Assembly (NCBI GenBank): GCA_016217925.1
Contig: JACRFK010000004.1
Coordinates: 133,869 to 197,868, forward strand
Source of the DNA: Candidatus Kaiserbacteria bacterium
GTDB taxonomy: Bacteria > Patescibacteriota > Minisyncoccia > Phycocordibacterales > UBA2100
Length of the DNA stretch: 64,000 nucleotides
Reading direction: 5' to 3'
Below, piece by piece: positions 37,282 through 47,537 of the stretch; within the stretch, counting starts at the first letter, position 1, and each line of letters begins with the position of its first letter. The notes under the pieces are model-generated. The model worked only from the letters and a program-made list of their open reading frames with translations, was not told the DNA's origin and made no database searches. The translations under genes and the position numbers were made by a program.

Positions 37282-37713
37282 ATGAACCTTAAGCAGGCGT
37301 ATCGAGTGGACGGCTGCGGTCGCCCATTCGTGATCACAATCCCTGCACACGCGAATACGTCGTCGGAGGATCTTCTGCGCAATGCAGAAGATGCGGTTCG
37401 ACCGCTACGCAGGCCGACACAGATTGCGCTCCGTCCCGCCGTCGGATATGCCGGTGAGCCGGGCGCCTCTGCCCCCAGTATTATTTTCACTGGCCAGATT
37501 CAAGCGGGGCAGAATCACGAACTCTACAATAATCCAGGTGCTGCGATGCAGGCACTGGTCAAGATTGCAGAGGAGGTCGCGCAATACTTGCCGGCGCATC
37601 TGTCGGTCGACGGGAAAAAGCGACCGTCGATTCGAATCCAGTATGACGATCAAGACGTCTATCTCGATCGCGATGGTGCGGTCACGAAGGCGCACCAGGC
37701 GGTGGAAGCCTAA
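37282..37713 (+). CDS. hypothetical protein
   Basis: GGAG SD; hairpin downstream. Confidence 0.5.
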   Translation: MNLKQAYRVDGCGRPFVITIPAHANTSSEDLLRNAEDAVRPLRRPTQIALRPAVGYAGEPGASAPSIIFTGQIQAGQNHELYNNPGAAMQALVKIAEEVAQYLPAHLSVDGKKRPSIRIQYDDQDVYLDRDGAVTKAHQAVEA

Positions 37714-37806
37714 GGCAGTTGTTCGGACTTGCGCATTAACAAGCGGGGCGGCCAATCGGCCGCCCCGCGAAGAATTTATGACAGGCGCTTACTCAGCGTC
37801 TTTTTC

Positions 37807-37857
37807 TCCCGACGCTCTGAAGGAGGTCGGGACCCCGACCACTCCGTGCGTCGGGGT
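37807..37857. repeat. CCCGAC/GTCGGG double-hairpin element
   Basis: tcccgac..gtcggga ccccgac..gtcgggg. Confidence 0.5.
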
Positions 37858-37861
37858 TTAT

Positions 37862-39202
37862 CTATTCAGCGTCCTTCTCCTTGTCTGTTGCAACTTCCTC
37901 CTGCTGCTCTTCGACCTTTTCTGATGCGATGTCACGGTCCTGGGCGACGGGGTCGATATTCTTCTCGCCGATGTCGGCCGGCTCTTCACCCGCAGTCATC
38001 TCCTTCTCGGTTTCTTCGAATGCACTTTCTTTTTGCGTGATGTCTTCCACTTGTGTGTCCTGGATTTTGGGAGCCTCAGTGCCGTCAGTCGCGGCGATTT
38101 GTTCACCGCCTGTCGAGCGGATATCTATCTTCCAGCCTGTGAGGCGTGCGGCGAGGCGGACGTTCTGCCCACCGCGGCCGATGGCGAGCGATTGCTGATC
38201 TTCGGCGACTTGGACAGTCGCGCGATTCTCTTCTTCGTTGAGTTCAATCGACAGTACTTGCGCGGGCTTCAGCGATTCCTTGACGAAGTCTTCCGGTTTC
38301 TCGGACCATTCCACGACGTCGATTTTCTCACCACCCAATTCGGAAGTAACGACTGCGACGCGCACACCGCGCTGGCCGACGAGTGCGCCGACCGGATCGA
38401 TGTGATCATCTTTGGAAAATACCGCAATCTTGGCACGGCTACCCGGTTCGCGGACGATGCCTTTGACCTCGACGATGCCACTGGCCATTTCCGGTACTTC
38501 GGCCTCAAACAATTTCGTGAGGAATCTAGGGTGCGAGCGCGAAAGGCGGATGAAGGTACCGCGCACGCCCTCGTCGACGCGCAAGAGAAGCGCACGCACG
38601 CGCTCGCCTTGTCGGTAGCGCTCGCCAGGGATCTGTTCGTCGTAGGGAAGTATGGCGGTCGCGCGGCCAAGGTCGACAAAAAGGTTGCCGCGCTCAAAAC
38701 GCTGCACGTGGCCCGTAACGATGTCGCCTTCTCGCTCCCCGTATTCTTGGATGATGCTCGCGCGCTCCGCTTCGCGCACTTTCTGCATGATTACCTGTTT
38801 AGCGGCTTGCGCGGCGATACGCCCGAAATCCTCGCGCGTCTCGAGCGGGAAGGAAATTTCCTCGTCGAGCTGTGAATCTTTCTTGATGCGGCGCGCGTCG
38901 GCGATCATGATGTGCTGCTCCGGATTGAAGCGCGAGCGGTGGTCGTCGTCACCCGTCGATTCTTCGCCCTCTTCGCGTACGAGCGTCTTGTCCACGACTA
39001 TTTTCGCCTGACGGAATTCCATGTCGCCTGTCGCGGGATTAAAGGTGGCGCGGATTATTTGTCCGCGCTTGCCGTATTCGCGGCGGTATGCGGCAGCAAG
39101 CGCTGTTGCAAGGGCATCGACAACAGATTCGCGTGAAATACCGCGCTCCTGCTGGAGCTCGTCGAGGGCTGAGTTGAGGGATTTGAGGTCAAATAGAGCC
39201 AT
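37862..39202 (-). CDS. nusA: transcription factor NusA
   Basis: FGRIAAQAAKQ, S1 and KH domains, LAIGRGGQNVRLAARLTGWKIDI. Confidence 0.97.
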   Translation of the reverse strand: MALFDLKSLNSALDELQQERGISRESVVDALATALAAAYRREYGKRGQIIRATFNPATGDMEFRQAKIVVDKTLVREEGEESTGDDDHRSRFNPEQHIMIADARRIKKDSQLDEEISFPLETREDFGRIAAQAAKQVIMQKVREAERASIIQEYGEREGDIVTGHVQRFERGNLFVDLGRATAILPYDEQIPGERYRQGERVRALLLRVDEGVRGTFIRLSRSHPRFLTKLFEAEVPEMASGIVEVKGIVREPGSRAKIAVFSKDDHIDPVGALVGQRGVRVAVVTSELGGEKIDVVEWSEKPEDFVKESLKPAQVLSIELNEEENRATVQVAEDQQSLAIGRGGQNVRLAARLTGWKIDIRSTGGEQIAATDGTEAPKIQDTQVEDITQKESAFEETEKEMTAGEEPADIGEKNIDPVAQDRDIASEKVEEQQEEVATDKEKDAE

Positions 39203-39304
39203 AGGAATAGTAGTTAGCCACTAGGATTTAGCCATTAGTAAGGTCTTTTAAAAAAAGCGTCCGCCAGAGGCGGAACGAATGAGAAGAGTTTAGCAGATGT
39301 TACG

Positions 39305-39673
39305 ATGATGTCAATGATAGATAATTCAGATGAAGTGTTCGAAAAATACGATAAACCCTTGCTTGCCTATGAAGAATTCGTACAGCGTTGCAGCAATTTT
39401 GCGAGTTTTTTTGCTCCCATAGGCAGCATGGTTGGTGACATGAATAGAAGCAAGCCTGTTTACCAAAGCTGCCTTGCGGACCATCCAGAACTCGCGGCGT
39501 TGGCAGCAGAACTTCAGGCGTATGATTTTTACAAATTTGATATAGATGAAAAAACGGGAAGGCCGATTATTAAGCCGCCCGACCCTCAAAGGCCCGTGAT
39601 GCTACGCAAGTTATATGATGCATACCTTTTAATAAGACCTTACGCAAAGAAAAAACAGGATTTGCCTATCTGA
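39305..39673 (+). CDS. hypothetical protein (AT-richer)
   Basis: Clean ORF filling the gap between nusA and pilB. Confidence 0.55.
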   Translation: MMSMIDNSDEVFEKYDKPLLAYEEFVQRCSNFASFFAPIGSMVGDMNRSKPVYQSCLADHPELAALAAELQAYDFYKFDIDEKTGRPIIKPPDPQRPVMLRKLYDAYLLIRPYAKKKQDLPI

Positions 39674-39701
39674 ACTTTCGTGGGCGCGCTATAATTGACG
39701 C

Positions 39702-41444
39702 ATGTACATCTCCGACACACATTTGAAATCATTTCTCGCCGATGCGGGGCTTGTCTCGGCAAAAGATTTTGATACCGCAGAAGTGGAGGCCAAGCAGACC
39801 GGGCAATCGGTCGGCGACATCCTAAAAGCGAAGAGCGCCATCGGGGAGGACGAACTGCGCCGCACCTATGCGTACATCCTCGGCATTCCATTTGTATCGC
39901 TTGTGGGGACCACCATCCAGTACGACGTGCTCTCTCTTCTTCCCGAACCCGTTGCGCGCCGCAACAACATCATCGCCTACAACCATCGCGGCGAAGAGTT
40001 GGAGGTCGCGATGCTCGATACTGATGACCTGGCGGCGATAGATTTCATCAAGAAGAAGACGCATCTCAAGGTCTTGCCGCGGCTCACCGATGTCGCATCT
40101 ATCAAAGCAGCACTCAAACAGTACCAACAGGGGCTCAAAGATAATCTCGGTGACGTCATCGGCCGTGAGACCGCCGCGCTCGAAAAGACCGCTCTCGGAG
40201 AGGGAAAAGAAACAGACCTCAAAGAGATCGCGGAAGGGACACCCACAGTACGCATCGTCGATACGCTTATAAGGCACGCCAATGCCCAGAACGCATCCGA
40301 CATCCACATCGAACCGCTCGAGCAGGCTCTCCTCATCCGCTACCGCATAGACGGTATTTTGCACGACGCGATGGAATTGCCGAAGCATGCCGCGGCCGCC
40401 ATTACCGCGCGCATTAAGGTGCTCGCCAACATGCGCCTCGACGAGCATCGTTTGCCGCAAGATGGACGGTTTGGCGCGGAGAGCGGAGGCGAGAAGATAT
40501 CGTTCCGTGTTTCTATTTTGCCGACCTACTACGGCGAGAAGATCGTTATGCGTCTTTTGCGTGACTCGATATCGGGATTCACTCTCGAGAGTATCGGATT
40601 CCATGGCGTAGGACTCGAGCGCATGCACGAAGCAATGCGCAAGACGACCGGCATGATCCTCTCCTGCGGCCCGACGGGTGCCGGAAAATCAACGACGCTC
40701 TATACATTGCTCGATATCGTGAATACTCCGGATGTGAATATCTCGACCATCGAAGACCCGATAGAGTATCAGATGCCGCGCATCAATCAGACCCAAGTGC
40801 GGCCCGATATCGGATTTACTTTTGCCAACGGCCTCCGCAGCCTCGTGCGTCAGGATCCGGATATCGTGATGGTGGGTGAAATACGCGACAAAGAGACAGC
40901 CTCGCTCGCGGTGAACGCCGCCCTCACGGGCCACCTAGTACTCTCGACACTGCACACGAATTCGGCGGCGGGTGCCGTCGCGCGATTACTCGACATGGGC
41001 ATCGAGCCGTTCCTTCTCGTTTCCACGCTGCGCGTCATCATCGGTCAGCGCTTGGTGCGCAAACTCGCTCCCGATAAAGAAAAGTACGAACTTTCACGCG
41101 ATGAGCAGGCACAGCTTGAGCATGTGGTAGACCAAGGCGTCGTCCTGAAAGCACTCAAAGACGAAAAAGCCCTTCCTCCCGAAGCGACGTGGAAGAATAT
41201 GTCTTTCTTCAAACCAAAAGAAAACGGAAAGACTCCCTCTGGCTATTCCGGACGCGTCGGTATTTACGAGGTCTTACCGGTAACTTCAACCATCAAAGAG
41301 CTCGTGATGAAAAATGATACCGGCGATGCGATAGAGCATCAGGCGCGGAGCGAAGGAATGCTCACGATGAGCGAGGACGGCATTTTTAAATCGGTGCAAG
41401 GCGTCACGACAATAGAAGAAGTACTCCGAGTCATTACGGAGTAG
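39702..41444 (+). CDS. pilB: type IV pilus assembly ATPase (PilB/GspE family)
   Basis: ASDIHIEP, RLPQDGR, GPTGAGKSTT, RQDPDIVMVGEIRD, TGHLVLSTLHTN. Confidence 0.93.
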   Translation: MYISDTHLKSFLADAGLVSAKDFDTAEVEAKQTGQSVGDILKAKSAIGEDELRRTYAYILGIPFVSLVGTTIQYDVLSLLPEPVARRNNIIAYNHRGEELEVAMLDTDDLAAIDFIKKKTHLKVLPRLTDVASIKAALKQYQQGLKDNLGDVIGRETAALEKTALGEGKETDLKEIAEGTPTVRIVDTLIRHANAQNASDIHIEPLEQALLIRYRIDGILHDAMELPKHAAAAITARIKVLANMRLDEHRLPQDGRFGAESGGEKISFRVSILPTYYGEKIVMRLLRDSISGFTLESIGFHGVGLERMHEAMRKTTGMILSCGPTGAGKSTTLYTLLDIVNTPDVNISTIEDPIEYQMPRINQTQVRPDIGFTFANGLRSLVRQDPDIVMVGEIRDKETASLAVNAALTGHLVLSTLHTNSAAGAVARLLDMGIEPFLLVSTLRVIIGQRLVRKLAPDKEKYELSRDEQAQLEHVVDQGVVLKALKDEKALPPEATWKNMSFFKPKENGKTPSGYSGRVGIYEVLPVTSTIKELVMKNDTGDAIEHQARSEGMLTMSEDGIFKSVQGVTTIEEVLRVITE

Positions 41445-41489
41445 GGGAAAAGAGAAAAAGTATTCGTTCCGCACGCTATACTTACGTGA

Positions 41490-42707
41490 ATGGTGAAGTT
41501 TACCTACACCGCTGAAAAGAGCGATGGCGAAGTATACAAGGGTGTCGCCGAGACGGCCGACCGTTTCGAACTCTACGGCATCGTGCGGCAAGAGGGCGGC
41601 AGGATTATTTCGATGGAAGAAACGGGCGGAAGCGGCTGGCTCTCGATGAGTTACTGGAACGCGAAAATGTCGCGCATTACCGAATACGAAAGGATACTCC
41701 TTGCGCGCAACTTGGGCGCCATGTTGGGCGCAGGATTGGCACTTGCGCGCGCTTTGGCCGTAATAGAACGGCAGACCAAAAATCCGAAAATGTCGTCGGT
41801 AATATCGCAAATATCTTCGGATGTGCGCCGCGGAGATACCCTGCATGATTCACTTGCAAAATATCCAAGCGTGTTCTCCAAGTTGTTCGTCGCGATGGTA
41901 CGCGCCGGCGAAGAGGGTGGAGATCTCGCGGCATCCTTGCAGGTCATATCGGATCAGATGGAGCGAATGTACTCCTTGAAAAAAAAGATACGCGGCGCAC
42001 TCATCTATCCGTGCATCATCCTCATCGCAATATTCGGTATCGGCATACTCATGATGATAGAGGTGGTGCCGACGCTCGCGCAAACATTCGAAGAAATGAA
42101 TGCAGAGCTCCCAGCATCAACGCAATTCGTCATCAGCGTCAGCAACTTCCTCGTGGAGTACACATTCTTGGCGCTCGGGGGTCTCGTCGGCTTCGGCGTC
42201 CTTATCTATGTTGCCGCGCATACAAAAGTGGGAAAGCGCGGATTGGATTTTTTCTTCCTGCACTTGCCGCTCATCGGACCGATGGTGCGCGAAGTAAATG
42301 CTGCGCGTACGGCTCGTACGCTTGCGTCGCTCCTATCATCGGGTGTTGATGTCATCACCTCGCTCGATATCGTGGGCGAAGTCGTCCAGAATTCCTATTT
42401 CCGTGCTGTCGTCAAGGATGCCGCACTCGGTGTGAGCGGAGGGCAATCGCTCGCGGCCGCATTCGTGCGGCGAGAGGACTTGTATCCCGCCTTCGTTGGC
42501 GAAATGATGGCGGTCGGCGAAGAGACCGGTCAAGTTTCCGAAATGCTGAAACGTCTCGCGGTGTTCTATGAGGACGAAGTGGACCGCAAGACCAAGGACA
42601 TGTCCACCATCATCGAGCCGTTCCTCATGCTTCTCATCGGGGGCGCCGTCGGATTCTTTGCAGTCTCGATGATAAGCCCGATCTATTCGCTTTCTCAAAA
42701 TATCTGA
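41490..42707 (+). CDS. pilC: type IV pilus inner membrane platform protein (PilC/GspF)
   Basis: MVRAGEEGG, ALIYP, VGEETG, IIEP. Confidence 0.92.
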   Translation: MVKFTYTAEKSDGEVYKGVAETADRFELYGIVRQEGGRIISMEETGGSGWLSMSYWNAKMSRITEYERILLARNLGAMLGAGLALARALAVIERQTKNPKMSSVISQISSDVRRGDTLHDSLAKYPSVFSKLFVAMVRAGEEGGDLAASLQVISDQMERMYSLKKKIRGALIYPCIILIAIFGIGILMMIEVVPTLAQTFEEMNAELPASTQFVISVSNFLVEYTFLALGGLVGFGVLIYVAAHTKVGKRGLDFFFLHLPLIGPMVREVNAARTARTLASLLSSGVDVITSLDIVGEVVQNSYFRAVVKDAALGVSGGQSLAAAFVRREDLYPAFVGEMMAVGEETGQVSEMLKRLAVFYEDEVDRKTKDMSTIIEPFLMLLIGGAVGFFAVSMISPIYSLSQNI

Positions 42708-42714
42708 TACGGAA

Positions 42715-42796
42715 GTATGGAGTATGAAGTATGGAGTATGGCGGAAAAGAAAATCTTAGATTCCCCTCTCCACACACGATACGCTATAGGCTATAC
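42715..42796. repeat. heptamer (AGTATGG-type) array A in pilin leader
   Basis: Left arm 42715-42741, right arm 42770-42796. Confidence 0.7.
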
Positions 42797-44534
42797 ACGC
42801 CGCGCTTCGCGCGGCGTCACGCTCATGGACACAGTCGTTGGTACTGCCCTCATGCTCGTGATATTCCTAGGTATATGGGCAGCATTCCAACTTTCCATCG
42901 ATGTCGTAACAAATAACAAAGCGCGCGGAAGCGCTATTGCGCTTGGGAATGAACGCATGGAATATATCCGGAGCATCACCTATGCCTCGATCGGGACCTC
43001 GGGCGGGATTCCCTCCGGGTCGATAGCGCAGTCAGAGTCCACCACGCTCAATGGTGTCACATTTACACGCCGCACCGTGATCGAATATGCCGATGATCCC
43101 AAAGATGGGACCGGCGGAGCTGATACAAATGGCATCACGTCCGATTACAAGGTCGCAAAAGTTGACGTCTCATGGACTTCACGCACGGGGGTGCGGCACA
43201 TCATACTTGTCTCTCGATTCGAGCCGCCTGCCGGCATGGAGATCGCATGTACCCCGCCGTGCGGCACGCTTACCGTGGATGTCGTCAACGCGAATTCACA
43301 GCTGCTCTCCGGCGCGTCTGTCTCCATCGTGAATTCTTCGACCGTGCCGACGATTTCCATCAACACGTTTACCAACGCGAGCGGCACGGCCTCGTTCATC
43401 GGAGCGCCAGCCGCTTCCGGCTACCAGATAGTGACAACGAAAAGCGGCTATTCGACCGCACAGACATACAGCGTCACGGCGCAAAACACGAATCCGGACC
43501 CCGGGCATCTGACCGTTTCGAATAATCAGACGACCACGGGGACCTTCGCGATAGATGTCCTTTCTTCTCTCGCCGTCAGTACGTACTCACGTTCGACGAA
43601 CACCTGGTCGGACTCTTTCTCGGATGAGAGTAAAATAGGCGCTTCGACGGACAACATTGAAGTGAGCGGCAACCGTGCGCGCTTTGAGGGTATCCAGCCG
43701 TGGACCGCACCCGCCAATCTCTATTCGCAGACGATTACCCCCATCGCACTTTCGCGCTGGGGGACTTTTTCTTGGAATGATACACAGCCTTCCGAGACGA
43801 CCATCACCTACCACGTCTACTATCCGTCGGGCGGTGGACTCACGCTCGTCCCCGATTCGGTCCTTTCGGGCAACAGTACGGGTTTTTCGTCCAGCACGTC
43901 TCTCGACGTAAGCGGCATACCCGCAGATACCTACCCGAGCCTCGTTCTTCACGCGTATCTCGTCGCTCAAAATCCCAACGCCCCTTCGCCCTCTATCGAG
44001 GAATGGAGCCTGACGTATGAAAGCGGACAGGGGATAGCGATCCCGTTCACCATGCGAGGGGCAAAGGTGATCGGCTCGGGACCGAGCGGAACCGTCTACA
44101 AATACGACCAGTTACTCACGACGAATTCTTCGGGGGCGTTGACGATCTCGAATCTCGAGTGGGACGCATATACGCTCTCCGTCGCAGCTTCCACCGGATA
44201 TGACATTGCGTCGTCATGCGCACCGCAGCCGATAGTGATCGCGCCGAACACGTCCCGCTCCGTCCAGCTCTTTCTTGCCGCACAAACGGCCAATTCTCTT
44301 CTCGTGGACGTGAAGAATAACTCCGGCACGACGATCTCGGGAGGATCGGTACGCCTCACGAAAGGCGGGTCATACGACGCGACGGTAACAACCGACGCAT
44401 GCGGGCAAGCGTTCTTCGGCGGCCTCACGAACGGCAACTATTCTGTCTCCGCTTCGTCGACCGGATATCAAACGTACTCTGCGGATGGGATTGATGTCAC
44501 CGGCACCACCCGATTCTCTATAGTACTCAACTAA
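42717..44534 (+). CDS. prepilin-type minor pilin with carboxypeptidase-regulatory-like beta domains
   Basis: RG|VTLMDTVV type III signal; repeated TNxxG beta-sandwich motifs. Confidence 0.75.
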   Translation: MEYEVWSMAEKKILDSPLHTRYAIGYTRRASRGVTLMDTVVGTALMLVIFLGIWAAFQLSIDVVTNNKARGSAIALGNERMEYIRSITYASIGTSGGIPSGSIAQSESTTLNGVTFTRRTVIEYADDPKDGTGGADTNGITSDYKVAKVDVSWTSRTGVRHIILVSRFEPPAGMEIACTPPCGTLTVDVVNANSQLLSGASVSIVNSSTVPTISINTFTNASGTASFIGAPAASGYQIVTTKSGYSTAQTYSVTAQNTNPDPGHLTVSNNQTTTGTFAIDVLSSLAVSTYSRSTNTWSDSFSDESKIGASTDNIEVSGNRARFEGIQPWTAPANLYSQTITPIALSRWGTFSWNDTQPSETTITYHVYYPSGGGLTLVPDSVLSGNSTGFSSSTSLDVSGIPADTYPSLVLHAYLVAQNPNAPSPSIEEWSLTYESGQGIAIPFTMRGAKVIGSGPSGTVYKYDQLLTTNSSGALTISNLEWDAYTLSVAASTGYDIASSCAPQPIVIAPNTSRSVQLFLAAQTANSLLVDVKNNSGTTISGGSVRLTKGGSYDATVTTDACGQAFFGGLTNGNYSVSASSTGYQTYSADGIDVTGTTRFSIVLN

Positions 44535-44535
44535 T

Positions 44536-45135
44536 ATGGAACGCTCATCACCTTCTAGCGGCATGGGTCTCCTCGAGGCAGTGGTATGGGTCGCGGTCTT
44601 CACTTCAGCGATGCTCGCTCTCACGTCTTCCGTCCTCTATTTCTATCGCACAAGCAATTATGCGATACAGCAAGGGTCAGCGACCGCTTCAGCGCAACGC
44701 GGCATTGACCTTATGATCCGCACTATCCGCGAGGCCTCGTATGCAAGCAACGGCGCGTATCCGATCGTCTCTATGGGAAACAACGACCTGAAATTTTATT
44801 CAGAAATTGACGGCGATCCTGCAATCGAGCGGGTGCACTACTATTTCTCCGGTACGGCGCTTGTGAAGGGAGTCATCGATCCGACGGGGGATCCGGCCGT
44901 CTACAGTGGAGTCGAAACGATCTCGACCACATCTGAGGACGTGAGGAACGTTGCTCAGGGCACATCACTTTTTTCCTACTATGATAAGAATGGCGCGCTC
45001 CTGAGCGATCTAACGAAGATCGGTGACGTGAGATACATCTCGGCGACCTTGCTCGTCGATGTCGACCCCGTCCGCTCTCCGACGCCGCTTTCGCTCCGCT
45101 CTTCCGCCGCGATGCGCAACTTAATAGGGAAATAG
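44536..45135 (+). CDS. prepilin-type minor pilin (PilW-like)
   Basis: SG|MGLLEAVV with E+5. Confidence 0.75.
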   Translation: MERSSPSSGMGLLEAVVWVAVFTSAMLALTSSVLYFYRTSNYAIQQGSATASAQRGIDLMIRTIREASYASNGAYPIVSMGNNDLKFYSEIDGDPAIERVHYYFSGTALVKGVIDPTGDPAVYSGVETISTTSEDVRNVAQGTSLFSYYDKNGALLSDLTKIGDVRYISATLLVDVDPVRSPTPLSLRSSAAMRNLIGK

Positions 45136-45222
45136 TATGGCGTATAGCGTATCGCGTATGGCGGGAGAAAGAAAAAGAGCAGATGCACGCTCTCTCCATA
45201 CTCCATACTCCATACTCCATAC
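45135..45222. repeat. heptamer array B in pilin leader
   Basis: Left arm 45135-45161, right arm (CCATACT)n 45196-45222. Confidence 0.7.
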
Positions 45223-46642
45223 GCGCGCGCAGCGCGGCGTGACGACGATGCTCGTCATCGCGTTTATGGGGATTTTCCTCCTCATCATGGGCACTATCAC
45301 AAGCTACATATTCGAACAGGCGAAGTATGGGCGTGCTCTCTACAGTCGTGAACAGGCCCTGAGCATCGCCGAGGCGGGGCTCGAATATTATCGATGGTTC
45401 CTCGCGCACAATCCCAACAATCTGACCAATGGCACTGGTCTACCTGGTCCGTATACCTATACGGTGAGCGACCCCGAAGGTGGCACGCTGGGCTCGGCAT
45501 CAATATCGGTGGCGGGCAACTCGCAGTGCGGCGTCATCCAATCAATAGATATAACCTCGCAAGGCGCCTCGGACAGCAATACAACCTTCAAACGAACGCT
45601 TCTCGGGCGATACATGCGCAGATCTGTCGCTGCGTATTCGTATTTGTTGAATAGCAACGTATGGGCGGGAGCGGACCGCGCGATTACAGGCCAGTATTTT
45701 TCCAATGGCGGTATCCGTATGGACGGCAGTAACAACTCAGATGTCTCAAGTGCTCTTACCACCTGGAACTGCACGTCGAGTTACGGTTGTTCTCCTGCCG
45801 TGAATCCCGCAGCGGGGGTACTCGGGAGCGGGTCGGGGTCGGCGCTCTGGCACAATTCGGCCGCATCGATAGATTTTGCCGGTATCGCGACCAGCCTTAC
45901 GAACCTGAAGACCTACGCGCAAACAGGCGGCGGATTGTATTTCGCACCCTCTACCGGATCGGTCAATAGTCGCGGGTACCACATGATCTTCAAGTCGAAC
46001 GGGACGGTCGACGTGTACCGCGTGACGGGAACGACGGGCATAACAGGCTATCCGGATGGCAGCACAGCCACGACCGAATACAATATCATCGCAACGCAGA
46101 ATTTGCTCGGCAACTACACGGTACCTTCGGGCTGCCGCTTGATATTCGTCGAGGATCGCGTGTGGGTCGAAGGTGTCGTAAGCGGCAAGGTTACCATCGT
46201 CGCTGCGACACCGAGTGACACAGGCACGACTCCGTATGTGATCCTCCCCAACAACCTTACGTATGCGACCAATGATGGAACCGCTGGCTTTACCGCCATT
46301 TCGGAATCGGATGTGCTCATACCGCTCAACTCACCGAACGTGATGGAGATCCACGGTATCTTCGTCGCGCATAATGGCCGATACGGTCGCAATCATTACA
46401 CGACCTCGAGCCTGATTTCGCAATGGGACCCGTACGTCCTACGCTCGCAGCTGACAACCGTCGGCACAATTGTTTCCAGTGGCCGCACCGGTACGAAGTG
46501 GATTAATACTTCCACAGGAGTTACCACGTCGGGCTACCAAACACGCATTGATGCATACGACCAATTGCAGGCGACCGATCCGCCGCCGTTTACCCCTTCT
46601 GCCTCTACCGACTACAGTTATGTGCTGTGGAGAGAACAATGA
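45137..46642 (+). CDS. PilX-like minor pilin
   Basis: RG|VTTMLVI, QALSIAEAGLE, C-terminal PPPFTP..WREQ. Confidence 0.75.
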   Translation: MAYSVSRMAGERKRADARSLHTPYSILHTRAQRGVTTMLVIAFMGIFLLIMGTITSYIFEQAKYGRALYSREQALSIAEAGLEYYRWFLAHNPNNLTNGTGLPGPYTYTVSDPEGGTLGSASISVAGNSQCGVIQSIDITSQGASDSNTTFKRTLLGRYMRRSVAAYSYLLNSNVWAGADRAITGQYFSNGGIRMDGSNNSDVSSALTTWNCTSSYGCSPAVNPAAGVLGSGSGSALWHNSAASIDFAGIATSLTNLKTYAQTGGGLYFAPSTGSVNSRGYHMIFKSNGTVDVYRVTGTTGITGYPDGSTATTEYNIIATQNLLGNYTVPSGCRLIFVEDRVWVEGVVSGKVTIVAATPSDTGTTPYVILPNNLTYATNDGTAGFTAISESDVLIPLNSPNVMEIHGIFVAHNGRYGRNHYTTSSLISQWDPYVLRSQLTTVGTIVSSGRTGTKWINTSTGVTTSGYQTRIDAYDQLQATDPPPFTPSASTDYSYVLWREQ

Positions 46643-46654
46643 TACAATCCGTCA

Positions 46655-46723
46655 ATGAATCCCGCCCTTTCTCGTTTCTCACGTTGCGCGCAACCGATTA
46701 TTCAGATAGAAAGAGCGGGATGA
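46655..46723 (+). CDS. 22-aa hairpin upstream ORF coupled to tpiA
   Basis: MNPALSRFSRCAQPIIQIERAG*; TACAAT 6 nt upstream; TGA overlaps tpiA ATG. Confidence 0.55.
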   Translation: MNPALSRFSRCAQPIIQIERAG

Positions 46724-47475
46724 AATCGATTGTCGTTGCCAATTGGAAGATGAATCCGGGGACGATGCGCGAAGCAAAGAAGCTTTTTGATGCAACGAGA
46801 GAGGCGGCCGAGTCCGCGAAGCATGTATCGGTCATTGTGGCACCTCCCGCGATCTTTTTGCGCGAGTTGCGAGCGCGGTACAAAGGAAAGCGCCTTGGGT
46901 TTGCGATACAACAAGCAAGTGCGGAGGGAAGCGGTGCGTACACCGGAGATATTTCTTTGCCGCAAGCAAAGGACGCGGGTGCGCAGTACGTGATAGTGGG
47001 CCACTCCGAGCGGCGCGCCAAAGGCGAGTCGAATGAAGATGCCGGGAAGGTCGTCGCTGCCGCGCTCGAAAGCGACATGACCCCCATCCTGTGTGTCGGA
47101 GAAAAGGCGCGCTCACACGAAGGTGAACATTTCAATGTAGTAAAGGAACAGTTGCGTACGGGATTTTCCGGTGTGGAGCCGGGGAAGATCTCGAAAGTAC
47201 TCGTCGCATACGAGCCTGTGTGGGCAATCGGCGGTGAGAAAGCCATGAGCCCGCGCGATATGCACGAAATGGCGATATTTATTCGCAAGACGATAATCGA
47301 ACTTCACGGCGAAAAAGGAATGGGCGTCCGAATCATTTATGGCGGCGCAGCGACCGAGTCGAATGCGGCAGAGATGTTGCGCGATGGTGATGTCATCGGG
47401 CTTCTCGTGGGACACGTGAGTATCAACGAGGCGCGTTTTGCTGCACTCTTACAAGCATTAGAGAACGCACGATGA
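46720..47475 (+). CDS. tpiA: triosephosphate isomerase
   Basis: VANWKMN, VGHSERR, AYEPVWAIG, YGG. Confidence 0.95.
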   Translation: MKSIVVANWKMNPGTMREAKKLFDATREAAESAKHVSVIVAPPAIFLRELRARYKGKRLGFAIQQASAEGSGAYTGDISLPQAKDAGAQYVIVGHSERRAKGESNEDAGKVVAAALESDMTPILCVGEKARSHEGEHFNVVKEQLRTGFSGVEPGKISKVLVAYEPVWAIGGEKAMSPRDMHEMAIFIRKTIIELHGEKGMGVRIIYGGAATESNAAEMLRDGDVIGLLVGHVSINEARFAALLQALENAR

Positions 47476-47537
47476 ATCCCGCCCTTTCGCACCCAAGATA
47501 CTCATTCAGGTTTATTAGCATAGAAAGAGCGGGATGA
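47472..47537 (+). CDS. 21-aa hairpin linker ORF bridging tpiA and pgk
   Basis: MNPALSHPRYSFRFISIERAG*; ATGA overlaps at both ends. Confidence 0.55.
   Translation: MNPALSHPRYSFRFISIERAG

Noticed and set aside
42715-45222. CRISPR array interpretation of the short repeats
   Set aside because: Heptamer tandem units without unique spacers; no cas genes in the window
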